22,757 nt of DNA, from NCBI GenBank assembly GCA_031409335.1, contig JANNWY010000288.1, positions 1 through 22,757 on the forward strand. Direction: 5' to 3'. Below the pieces are notes generated by a model. It saw only the letters and a program-made list of their open reading frames with translations, was not told the origin of the DNA and did no database searches. Origin of the DNA: Chthoniobacteraceae bacterium. Lineage in GTDB: Bacteria > Verrucomicrobiota > Verrucomicrobiia > Chthoniobacterales > Chthoniobacteraceae. Of the stretch, positions 7,978 to 16,813 are shown one piece after another. Position 1 is the stretch's first letter, and each line of letters starts with the position of its first letter. The translations under genes were made by a program, and so were the position numbers.

Positions 7978-10821
7978 ATGACCTCCGCCTCGCCGCCCCG
8001 CTGCAAATGCGGCGCAGCTTTGCCCGCAGGCTGGGCTGCGCCGTCCTGCCCGAAATGTCTCGTGCATTTTTCCGTCGAGGCCACGGACCCGGCGCGCGTT
8101 TTTCCGCTTGGCACTGACGAGATTTCGCTCGGCGACTACGAGCTGCTCGATGAAATCGCGCGTGGCGGCATGGGCGTCGTCTATCGCGCGCGGCAGCAGC
8201 GGCTCGGGCGCATCGTCGCGGTGAAAGTGCTCGCGGCGGGTGAATTCGCGAGCGGCGCGGCGCGCGAACGTTTTCGCGCCGAGGCCTCCGCCGCCGCGCG
8301 TTTGCAGCATCCGGGGATCGTCGCGATCCACGATGTCGGCGAGGCAGATGGGCTGCCGTGGTTTTCCATGGAGCTGGTCGCTGGCGGAAATCTCGCCGCG
8401 CTCGTGCGCGAGCAGCCGCTGCCCGCGCGGCAGGCGGCGGAATACGTGCGCGCCATCGCGGACGCCGTGCAGCACGCGCACGACCACGGCGTGCTGCATC
8501 GCGATTTGAAGCCGTCGAACATTTTGCTCGATCCCGAAACCGGCCCCCGCGTCACCGATTTCGGCATCGCGCGCTGCGGCGATTCGGGTGAAATCACGCG
8601 CACCGGCGAAGTGCTCGGCTCGCCCGGATACAGCGCGCCCGAGCAGGCGCTCGGCGGCACCGCCGATGCGCGCACGGATGTGTACGGACTCGGCGCGCTG
8701 CTCTACCATTTGCTCACCGCGCGCCCGCCCTTCCAAGGCCCGACGATCGACGCGATCGTGCTCCAGCTCCGCGAATCCGATCCGCTCGCGCCGCGCCGGC
8801 TGAATCCCGAAGTCCCGCGCGACCTCGAAACGATCTGCCTGCGCTGCCTCCGCAAAGATCCCGCGCAGCGCTACGCCACCGCGCGCGAAGTCGCCGATGA
8901 CCTCGCGCGTTTCCAGCGCGGCGAGCCGATCCATGCGCGGCCCATTTCGGTGTTTGGAAAAACGTGGCGCTGGTGTCGCCGGCGGCCCGCGGTCGCGGCG
9001 CTGCTCGCGCTGGTAGCGGTGCTGGCCGGCGTGGTCGTCATCGGTTCGCTGGCATTTGCGCGGCGCCAGGCGCAGCTCGAATCCCGCGCGGTCCTGCTCT
9101 CGGAAGCGCGCGCGGAACGCGCGGAGGGCGTGGCCGGATCGCGCCCGCGCGCGCTCGCGGCGGTCCGCAAAGCGTGGGCGATTCAGCCTTCCGCGGAATT
9201 GCGGAACGAAGCGATAGCGTGCCTCGGGTTGCACGAGATGTCGCTGGAGCGCACGCTTTCGCGCGACGATCCGAGCGCAATCCCGCCCGAGCCGGGCGCG
9301 AGCGCGGACGGGCGCTGGACGCTGCGTTTTGCGGATGAAACGCTCGTCGTCATCGAGCGCGCGACGGGCCGCGAGACTTCGCGTTTTCCAAATCTCAAAT
9401 CGCGCCCGATCGCGCAGCTCGACGATACGGGACGCCGCCTCGCACTGGTCGGCAGTGTGGCCAATGAGGTGACGCTCATCGAACTTCCGTCCGGCAAACC
9501 CCTGCACAAGCTGGCTCACGCACACGCGGTGAGCTGTCTCGACTGGGCGGGCGAACTGTTCGCGGTCGGCGGCGGTGGGGATCGTCTCGTTCACATCTGG
9601 GACGCGCGCAGCGGCCAGCGTCTCCGCCGTTTCAGCGGACACGATTCCGATGTCGAGGCGGTGCGCTTTCGCCCGGACGGGCAGGAACTCGTTTCCTTTT
9701 CCAAGGACAGCGTCGTCCGCGTGTGGCAGGCCGCGCTCGGCGTGGAAATCCTGCGCCTCGAACGCCTCGCCAATCACACCGGCCCCGCGTGGTGGGCGGC
9801 GGATGGCGCGCATCTTTTCTGCCCGCGCGAGGGGGGCGATGGCGTGGATGTCTTCCGCCTCAAATGGTCGCGCACCACGCAAGTGCTCGCGCTCGGGCGC
9901 GACGAGCCGCGATCGGAAAATCTGCCCAGCCTCACGCTCAACGCCAGCGGCGATCTCGCCGCCGCGGTGGACGAGAGCGCCTGTCACGTCTGGTCCCTGG
10001 ACGGCGGACGGCTCGCCGCTTCCTTTCCCAAAGATGGGGCCGAGTGGATGGCGGCACAGTTCGGCGACGAGGCGAGCCTCTGGCTGAGCGGCTGGAATCG
10101 CGGGATCCACCGCATCCCGATTCGCCGGGCGCGCGCGGGGTTGCCGGAGTTTGGCGAAGCCGAAGTTTTCGGTCTCGAAGCGGGGCCGCTGCTTGTCGGT
10201 GCCCGCGCCGATGGCGGCGCGCTGGCGCTCACCCGCAACGAGAATTCGGACGCCGACGATCGCGTGGAAATCTTCTGGCCCGCCGAAAAACGCGGGCTCC
10301 GACTCCCTCAAACCAATCCCTTTTGCGCCGCGCTCAGTCCCGACGGACGCGTGGCGGTGACCGGGAGTTTTCTACAAACTGGCGCTCAGCTTTGGAGCCT
10401 GCCCGACGGGCTGCTGCTGCGATCGCTCCCGTCTCCGGGCATCGTCCTCGGCGCGGCCTTCACCGATGGTGGCAAAGCGCTTTGGCTCTGGGGCGATCGC
10501 GGCGTGCAGCGCTGCAACACGGAGACGTGGATGGAGGACAAACTCCCGGACGTGGGACTGCTGCAATCCTTCGCCGTCAGTCTCGATGGTCGCCTGGCCG
10601 CGAGCGTCACCCGCCACGAAGTCATCCTCCGCCGCGCCGCGGATCTCGCCGAACTCGCGCGCCTCATCATTCCCGCATTTGCCGGCAGCGTGGGATCGGC
10701 CACGCTCGCTTTCAGCGGAAACGGCGAGCGCCTCGCGCTCCACACGGCGTCCGGCACCGTGGTCGCGTGGCACCTCCCCGCGCTGCGCGACGAGCTGCGC
10801 GCGCTCGGCATGGAGTGGTGA
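7978..10821 (+). CDS. Hanks-type Ser/Thr protein kinase with N-terminal Cys cluster, one TM helix and WD40 repeats
   Basis: EIARGGMGVVY, VAVK, HRDLKPSN, DFG, GSPGYSAPE, DVYGLG. Hydrophobic segment AVAALLALVAVLAGVVVIGSLAFA. WD40 repeat GHDSDVEAVRFRPDG...VRVWQ. N-terminal CKC...CPKC. Confidence 0.95.
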   Translation: MTSASPPRCKCGAALPAGWAAPSCPKCLVHFSVEATDPARVFPLGTDEISLGDYELLDEIARGGMGVVYRARQQRLGRIVAVKVLAAGEFASGAARERFRAEASAAARLQHPGIVAIHDVGEADGLPWFSMELVAGGNLAALVREQPLPARQAAEYVRAIADAVQHAHDHGVLHRDLKPSNILLDPETGPRVTDFGIARCGDSGEITRTGEVLGSPGYSAPEQALGGTADARTDVYGLGALLYHLLTARPPFQGPTIDAIVLQLRESDPLAPRRLNPEVPRDLETICLRCLRKDPAQRYATAREVADDLARFQRGEPIHARPISVFGKTWRWCRRRPAVAALLALVAVLAGVVVIGSLAFARRQAQLESRAVLLSEARAERAEGVAGSRPRALAAVRKAWAIQPSAELRNEAIACLGLHEMSLERTLSRDDPSAIPPEPGASADGRWTLRFADETLVVIERATGRETSRFPNLKSRPIAQLDDTGRRLALVGSVANEVTLIELPSGKPLHKLAHAHAVSCLDWAGELFAVGGGGDRLVHIWDARSGQRLRRFSGHDSDVEAVRFRPDGQELVSFSKDSVVRVWQAALGVEILRLERLANHTGPAWWAADGAHLFCPREGGDGVDVFRLKWSRTTQVLALGRDEPRSENLPSLTLNASGDLAAAVDESACHVWSLDGGRLAASFPKDGAEWMAAQFGDEASLWLSGWNRGIHRIPIRRARAGLPEFGEAEVFGLEAGPLLVGARADGGALALTRNENSDADDRVEIFWPAEKRGLRLPQTNPFCAALSPDGRVAVTGSFLQTGAQLWSLPDGLLLRSLPSPGIVLGAAFTDGGKALWLWGDRGVQRCNTETWMEDKLPDVGLLQSFAVSLDGRLAASVTRHEVILRRAADLAELARLIIPAFAGSVGSATLAFSGNGERLALHTASGTVVAWHLPALRDELRALGMEW

Positions 10822-10885
10822 ACGCGGACATCTTTTCGCGCAATGTGCGCGCGCCGCGCGGGCTTTTGCGCTCAACTTGGCGCGC

Positions 10886-12223
10886 ATGACGCTTTCTGAA
10901 ATCAAATCCACGCTCGACCAGATCGGGATGTCGCCGACGCGCAGCCTTGGGCAGAATTTTTTGCACGATCAAAACCTCGCGGACTGGATCACCGCGCAGC
11001 TTTCGCTAAAGCCAGGCGAGCCGTGGATCGAGCTCGGGCCGGGGCTCGGCGCGCTGACGGAGTTTGCGTTGAAGCGTTCGGAAAATGCGCTGGTCATCGA
11101 GAAAGATGCGCGGATGTGCCACGTGCTGCGCGAGCGTTTTCCCAGCCTCGAAATCGTGCATGGCGACGCGGGTGAATTTGATGTGCGCGATCTCTTCGCA
11201 CGCGGGCCGGTGAAGGTGATGGGCAATCTGCCGTACTACGTTTCGAGTCAGATTCTTTTTCAATTCACCGCGGAGCCGAGTCCGGTGAAGACGCTGATTT
11301 TCACGCTGCAAAAGGAACTCGCCGAACGGCTCTCCGCGGAGCCGCGCACGAAGGCATACGGCGCACTGACGCTGCTGATCGGACGGCGCTGGAACGTGAA
11401 TTATTTGCGCACACTTTCAGGCAAGGTTTTCTATCCCGCGCCAAACGTGGAGTCCGCGGTCGTGTCGCTCACGCCGCGCACGCCGGGCGATTTGCCGGAG
11501 TGCGACGGCGCGCAATTCACGCGGCTGGTGAAGCAGGGTTTTTCGCAGCGGCGAAAACTGCTGCGCAAAAATCTCGTCGATCACGTGAAGGACTGGCCGG
11601 CGCTCGTAAATCATCTCGGCGTGTTGGCGACGGCGCGCGCGGAGGAGTTGAGTCTGGAGCAGTGGATCGCGCTGACGAATTTTGTGACGGGCAACCTCGC
11701 GCCGCAGCCTGCTGGGCAGGATGTTCACGGCGAGATTTTCGATGTGGTGGATGAAAACGATTGCGTGATCTCGCAGGCGTCGCGGCACGAAGTCCACCGG
11801 CGCGCGCTGCGGCATCGCGCGGTCCACGTTTTCGTCTTCAACGCGCGCGGCGATTTACTTTTGCAAAAGCGTTCGCGATGGAAGGACAAACATCCCGGCC
11901 AGTGGGACAGCAGCGCGGCGGGCCACGTGAATGCGGGCGACACATTCGAGGCGACCGCGCCGCGGGAGATTCGCGAGGAACTCGGCGTGGAAGCGGAGCC
12001 GGTCGGCGTGGCGACGCTCGCGGCGTGTGAAAATACGGGCTGGGAATTCGTGCGGCTTTTCCGCGCGGAGCACGAAGGGCCGTTCATCCTGCCGCCCGCC
12101 GAAATCGAGTCCGGCGCATTCTTCACGCGCGAACAAATCGCCCGCTGGATCGCCGCGAGACCGCAGGATTTCGCGCCGGGTTTTTTGGAATGCTGGCGGA
12201 AGTTCGCCGTGAGCGGAAAGTAG
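10886..12223 (+). CDS. rsmA: 16S rRNA m6,2A dimethyltransferase RsmA/KsgA fused to a C-terminal Nudix hydrolase domain
   Basis: Start ATG 10886 (MTLSEIK). RsmA motifs SLGQNFL, IELGPGLGALT, IEKD, GNLPYYVSS, FYPAPNVESAV, FSQRRK, RAEEL. These continue in frame into EIFDVVDEND...HRAVHVFVFN...LLLQKRS...AAGHVNAGDTFEATAPREIREELGV (Nudix box). Confidence 0.93.
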   Translation: MTLSEIKSTLDQIGMSPTRSLGQNFLHDQNLADWITAQLSLKPGEPWIELGPGLGALTEFALKRSENALVIEKDARMCHVLRERFPSLEIVHGDAGEFDVRDLFARGPVKVMGNLPYYVSSQILFQFTAEPSPVKTLIFTLQKELAERLSAEPRTKAYGALTLLIGRRWNVNYLRTLSGKVFYPAPNVESAVVSLTPRTPGDLPECDGAQFTRLVKQGFSQRRKLLRKNLVDHVKDWPALVNHLGVLATARAEELSLEQWIALTNFVTGNLAPQPAGQDVHGEIFDVVDENDCVISQASRHEVHRRALRHRAVHVFVFNARGDLLLQKRSRWKDKHPGQWDSSAAGHVNAGDTFEATAPREIREELGVEAEPVGVATLAACENTGWEFVRLFRAEHEGPFILPPAEIESGAFFTREQIARWIAARPQDFAPGFLECWRKFAVSGK

Positions 12224-12286
12224 CTTGGGCTTTAGCCCAAATCGAGCGGGCGGATCGGACTTTGGGCTGAAGCCCAAGCTACTTTC
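12216..12286. repeat. Inverted doublet of GTAG-type REP sequences (REPIN-like), probable bidirectional terminator or RNA stabiliser
   Basis: GTAGCTTGGGCTTTAGCCCAA (12220-12240) and the reverse-complement copy GTAGCTTGGGCTTCAGCCCAA (12262-12282), each with an internal TTGGGCT/AGCCCAA palindrome. Overall 26-bp inverted repeat with 1 mismatch. Confidence 0.85.
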
Positions 12287-13274
12287 TGATTTGCCGCAAT
12301 TCCTCCAGGCCGATTTCCACGGCGGCGCGGCTCTCGGCGGGAGAAATGCGCGGCGCGCTTTCACCCGCTTTGATGCGCGCCGCGAAGTCGTTGATCTCGG
12401 CCCGATGCACCGCCGGCTCGGGGAGCGGGATCATCGTGATCTTCCCGCCCGCGATGAGTTGCAGCACGCCGTTTTCGATCGCGAGATCGTGCGAGATCGT
12501 CGCGCGTTCGAGGACGAGTTTAAAGGCGTGGCGGAACGCGCCGCCGTTCAAATCCCACGCGGAATGCAACTGCACGAGCAGCCCGCGATCGTAGCGCCAG
12601 TGGGCATCGACGGTGAGTGCCAGCCCGTCGCGGACGCAGCCGCTGGCCTCGATTTTCGCGGGTGATCCGAACCACCACAGCGCCGCGTCGATGTCATGAA
12701 TGTGCATGTCGAGCACGCCGCCACTTTCCTCCGGACGCATGAACCATCCGCTGCCACTCCACATCGGCGCGCCGCTCGTGCGTTGAAAATTCGCATACAC
12801 CGCGCGGCCATATTCGCCGCCGTCGAGAATCTCCTTCGCCTTTACGTAATGCGGCCAGTAGCGCAGGCAATGCGCGACCATGAGATGCCGCCCGGCTTCA
12901 GTCGCGGCGCGCTCCATCGCGGCGCATTCGTCGAGCGAAAGCGACATCGGTTTTTCGCAAAGCGCATGCTTTCCGGCGCGCAGCGCGGCGAGGGCCACGG
13001 GCGCGTGCAGCGGCGTCGGCAGGCAGATGTCCACGGCGTCCACGTTTGCATCCGCGATCAAATCCTCGAACCGCGCATACTTCGCGAGATCGCTGAGATC
13101 GACTTGCTGCGCGGTCTGTTCGCCGAGATTAAAATCCTGAACGTCCCATTCGCCCGCGAGTTTTTTCGGATCGCGCGCGCTGATCGCCACCAGTTTTGCA
13201 TCCGGGCATTTCCGCCAGCAGTCAAAGTGAATCCGCCCGATGCCGCCCAGCCCGATGAGGCCGACGCGGATCAT
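12279..13274 (-). CDS. Gfo/Idh/MocA family oxidoreductase
   Basis: Start ATG 13274, ATGA overlap with the upstream gene. IRVGLIGLGGIG Rossmann motif, DAVDICLPTPLH, GKHALCEKP, SGGVLDMHIHDID. Confidence 0.93.
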   Translation of the reverse strand: MIRVGLIGLGGIGRIHFDCWRKCPDAKLVAISARDPKKLAGEWDVQDFNLGEQTAQQVDLSDLAKYARFEDLIADANVDAVDICLPTPLHAPVALAALRAGKHALCEKPMSLSLDECAAMERAATEAGRHLMVAHCLRYWPHYVKAKEILDGGEYGRAVYANFQRTSGAPMWSGSGWFMRPEESGGVLDMHIHDIDAALWWFGSPAKIEASGCVRDGLALTVDAHWRYDRGLLVQLHSAWDLNGGAFRHAFKLVLERATISHDLAIENGVLQLIAGGKITMIPLPEPAVHRAEINDFAARIKAGESAPRISPAESRAAVEIGLEELRQIRK

Positions 13275-14065
13275 TTCGCGGGTTCCGCGACCGGCTTCGC
13301 GTCCCACGCTTCCCGCGCCTTTTTCAACTCGGCTTCATTTAGTCCGAAAGCCTGCAAAACGCCGAGTGCCATCACCCGATTGCCTTCGGGATTCATGTGG
13401 ACGCCGTCGCTGGTGAGCAGCTTTTTGTCCGGCGTGTTGGCAGCCTTGATGCGCTCGTGAAACATCGCGTTCACATCCGCGACGGGGAGTTTTTTCTCCT
13501 TCGCCAGCACGCGCAGGAAATCATTGTAAGGCGCGATTTTCGCGTTCTCGGCGTTGTCGAGTTTCTCGTGGAGGACCGTCGCGGTGAGCATCACGACTTT
13601 CACCCCAGCCGCCGTCGCCTGGTCCACGATGGCGGTGATGTTCTTCTTGAAAGTCCCGCGCTCACGCTCACCGGGTTTTTGCGGTTCGCCGGGATTTGCA
13701 GCGGCGTCCGCGTCGTCGAGCCGCACGCCATTCGCGGCGTGCCACACGTCATTCACCCCGCAGCTCAGCGTCATCCACTGCGGTTTTTTGGAAAGCACGT
13801 CGTGATCGAGCCGGGCGAGCATCTGGTTCGATTTGTGGCCGCTGATCCCCGCCGGGATGGCCTCGGCGTTCACGCCGTTCGCGGCGAGGCCGGACATCAC
13901 GAGTTTCACATACCCGGTCGCATCGCCCCAGCCCGCCTGCGTGATGGAATCGCCGAGGAACGCGATTTTTTCGCCGCTTTTCACCGCGATCTCAGCGTGC
14001 ATGGCGGAGGTGAGCGAGCAGAGCGTGATGACGTTTAGAACAACGAAGGCGAAGCGATTCGGCAT
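13271..14065 (-). CDS. Secreted SGNH/GDSL hydrolase
   Basis: Blocks FLGDSIT, AGISG, CGVND and DGVHMN. Signal-peptide-like N-terminus from ATG 14065. Confidence 0.92.
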   Translation of the reverse strand: MPNRFAFVVLNVITLCSLTSAMHAEIAVKSGEKIAFLGDSITQAGWGDATGYVKLVMSGLAANGVNAEAIPAGISGHKSNQMLARLDHDVLSKKPQWMTLSCGVNDVWHAANGVRLDDADAAANPGEPQKPGERERGTFKKNITAIVDQATAAGVKVVMLTATVLHEKLDNAENAKIAPYNDFLRVLAKEKKLPVADVNAMFHERIKAANTPDKKLLTSDGVHMNPEGNRVMALGVLQAFGLNEAELKKAREAWDAKPVAEPAK

Positions 14066-14129
14066 GGCTAAACATCTCGCGACAGGCATCCATGGTGGCA
14101 AGCCCCAACTCGCCAAAGTGCGGCGCGCG

Positions 14130-16694
14130 CTACTGCGCTTTCGCCTGCTCGGGCAGCTTCTTCTTCAGCAACTCGGCGGCGGTCCACGCATTCGAGCGGT
14201 TGGCAAAAGTGGCGCGCACTTTCGCGACTTCCGCAGGTTGCACGGGCGAGCCGCGGTGATCCCACTCGCGGCGGATATAGGTCAGCACGCCGGCGAGGTC
14301 TTCGTCGCTGAGGGTGGGAAGGGCGGGCATTTCGAGCTGCCATTTGACGCCCTCGACTTCGATCGGGCCGGTGAGGCCGTGAAGCGCGATGCGGATCGGG
14401 CGATCGACCGGGCCGAGCACCCATTCGGAATCGAGCAGCGGCGGTGCGAGGCCGGCGAGACCCGCGCCGTTCGGCTGATGGCATGCGCCGCAAAGCGTGG
14501 CGTAAACGGTTTTTCCTTTCTCAAAAAGCGCCTGCTCGTCGGGCGTGAGCGGGGTCGGTTTCGGGGCGGGCGTGTAGCCCGGCTTGCCGTTCCACGCGAG
14601 GAGCGGATCGAGGCGCGCGGCGAGGGATTTGGTTTTGGGATTTGCCGCCAGTGCCGCGAGTGAAGCGGGCTCTTCCGGAAGCACGATCGGTTTCGGCGCG
14701 GGTGCATTTTTCGCGAGCGCTTTGCCAGCGATGCCGTTCAGGAGCGCGAGCTGGCGGGGACCGTCCGGTTGGGCGGCGGCGAGCGTGAGGAGTTGCGCGA
14801 CGCGCGCGGGGCGGCGTTCTTTCATCACGCAGTTCGCGAGCATTTGGAAAATGCCGCTGGCGTCGATCTTGTTGGCCGGCTGTTTGGCGAGGAGTTCGAG
14901 GAATTCGAGTTCGCGTCCGGCGAGTCCGCTGGCGGTGGCTTCGGCGATGAGCGCGTCACCGCTTTGCGCAATCAATTCGATGACGCTGGATTCCGAGCCC
15001 GGCACCGCGCTGAGTTTGAAAGCGAGTTGCAGCCGCACGCTCGCGCTCGGATCGCGCGTGAGCTTTGCCAAATCCGGCGCGAGCGACGGATCGGCGAGGC
15101 GCACGGCTGCGGCGCGCACATTCGCATCGGCGTCTTTCAGCGCGGTGCCGATGACTGCTGGCGTGGCGGCATTCAGCCCGTCCAAAGTCCACAGTGCCTG
15201 CACGCGCGATTGCGGCGTGGGGCCGGATGCGGCGAGCTTTTGCACCGCCCCCGCACTCGCGGGATCGGCGCGCTCGACGAGCACGCGTTGCGCAGTATCG
15301 CGCACCACTCCGTTTGCGTGGCCGAGCAGTGGCGGGATTTGCGCGGTTTCGCGCGGGAGCTTTGCCAGCGCGGGTTTCGCGCCGTCCGGGACGATGCGGT
15401 AGATGCGTCCGAGATTGATCGGCGCTTCGAGTTTCCGCTCCTTGATATTCGCGACGAGATAATAAGTGAGGAAGCCTTTGTGCTGCACGACGCCGCGCGC
15501 CATATCGACGATGTAAAGCGCGCCATCGGGGCCGGTGTAGGCGTTCACGGGGCGGAAGCGTTCGTCCGTCGAACTGAGAAATTCCGTGCCTTCAGCAGCA
15601 TTTTTCCCGGCGGGCAGCGCACCATTTTCGCTGAGCACCACGCGCTTCACGAGATTCGCGGAGGTCTCGGGGATAAAGGCGTTGCCACGATATTCCGGCG
15701 GAAACAGATCGCCGCGGTAGATCGCCGCGCCGCAAGTCGCGGTGCAGGCTTTCAGCGAGCCATCCTCGCGCAGGATGCCGCTGTAGCCCCGATTCACGCC
15801 AGGCGTCGGACCAGCGGGCCAGACGGTCTGATCGTTCAACACTTTGAAATTGTTCGCAGTGCGGTCGGCGAGGCGCGGATTGCGCGCGTAGAATTCCGGC
15901 GGGACGACGTCGCAGCGCAGGAAGTCGCTGTTGTAATTGAAATACTGCCGGCCCCAATCGTCCTGCGTGCGGCCCCACTGGCCGGAGCCCTGCGTCGGCA
16001 TCGCGACAAACGCGCCGCCTTGAAAACGATAGCGCGCGTTGTGATTGCTGGACCAAATCCAGTTATCCATCATCCACGTCGTGCTGTTCGCCATGTGCTC
16101 CGGCTGGCCGCCTGCGGTGCCATAGTTTTTTGCGACGACTTCCTTCTTATCCGCCACGCCATCGCCGTCGGTGTCGCGGCAGAAAGTGAGCATTGGCGGC
16201 TCGGCGACGAGGGCGCCATCGCCCATCGCCATCACTGCGCGCGGCATCACGAGCTTGTCCGCAAAGACCGTGGCCTTGTCCATTTTCCCATCGCCATCGG
16301 TGTCCTCCAGGCGACTGATTCGACCGATCGGCTGGTCCTCGCCGGTCGCGTCCACATCGTGCATGTAGCCGCGCATTTCGCAGACGAAGAGCCGGCCTTG
16401 ATCGTCCCAACTGAGCGCGACCGGAGTTTCGATCATTGGCTCCGAGGCGACGAGTTCCACTCTGAAACCGGGCGCGACTTTGAAGGTCTTCATTTCCTCG
16501 GCTGGCGAGAGCACAGGCGGCGGCGGCGGGCGAAATTTCAGCTCGGGATTCTCCGGCCCGCCACCTGCGCGACGCGGACCATTCGCGGGAGCAGGCACGG
16601 GCGGTGGAGAATCTTCCGCAGCATTCAACGCCGACACGGCAAGCAATGCGCTGCTCAAGATTCTGGATAAACGGAGGAAAGGGATTGGAGGCAT
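14130..16694 (-). CDS. PVC-type dehydrogenase-like beta-propeller with HEAT repeats and C-terminal cytochrome c
   Basis: Likely start ATG 16694 (MPPIPFLRL...ALNAAEDS). GFRVELVASEP, LEDTDGDGKMD, DTDGDGVAD, STDERFRPV, GPDGALYIVDM, GRIYRI, HEAT-like repeats, heme motif CGACH followed by GLAPPL and MPAL. Confidence 0.88.
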   Translation of the reverse strand: MPPIPFLRLSRILSSALLAVSALNAAEDSPPPVPAPANGPRRAGGGPENPELKFRPPPPPVLSPAEEMKTFKVAPGFRVELVASEPMIETPVALSWDDQGRLFVCEMRGYMHDVDATGEDQPIGRISRLEDTDGDGKMDKATVFADKLVMPRAVMAMGDGALVAEPPMLTFCRDTDGDGVADKKEVVAKNYGTAGGQPEHMANSTTWMMDNWIWSSNHNARYRFQGGAFVAMPTQGSGQWGRTQDDWGRQYFNYNSDFLRCDVVPPEFYARNPRLADRTANNFKVLNDQTVWPAGPTPGVNRGYSGILREDGSLKACTATCGAAIYRGDLFPPEYRGNAFIPETSANLVKRVVLSENGALPAGKNAAEGTEFLSSTDERFRPVNAYTGPDGALYIVDMARGVVQHKGFLTYYLVANIKERKLEAPINLGRIYRIVPDGAKPALAKLPRETAQIPPLLGHANGVVRDTAQRVLVERADPASAGAVQKLAASGPTPQSRVQALWTLDGLNAATPAVIGTALKDADANVRAAAVRLADPSLAPDLAKLTRDPSASVRLQLAFKLSAVPGSESSVIELIAQSGDALIAEATASGLAGRELEFLELLAKQPANKIDASGIFQMLANCVMKERRPARVAQLLTLAAAQPDGPRQLALLNGIAGKALAKNAPAPKPIVLPEEPASLAALAANPKTKSLAARLDPLLAWNGKPGYTPAPKPTPLTPDEQALFEKGKTVYATLCGACHQPNGAGLAGLAPPLLDSEWVLGPVDRPIRIALHGLTGPIEVEGVKWQLEMPALPTLSDEDLAGVLTYIRREWDHRGSPVQPAEVAKVRATFANRSNAWTAAELLKKKLPEQAKAQ

Positions 16695-16813
16695 AACGCG
16701 ATCACTCTTCACATCGAACGTAATTTGATCAACCGGCGATACGTCCGTTGCGGAGCATGGGACGCGATTGCAAATCCGCTGAAAGGACCCGGTGATCCCG
16801 TCCGGGCGTTGAT

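Noticed and set aside
10466..10885. N-terminal extension of the RsmA ORF
   Set aside because: Overlaps the kinase 3' end in another frame. RsmA homology begins at ATG 10886.
11730..12223. Calling the Nudix domain idi (IPP isomerase)
   Set aside because: The catalytic Cys motif is absent (WDSSAAGH) while a near-canonical Nudix box is present.
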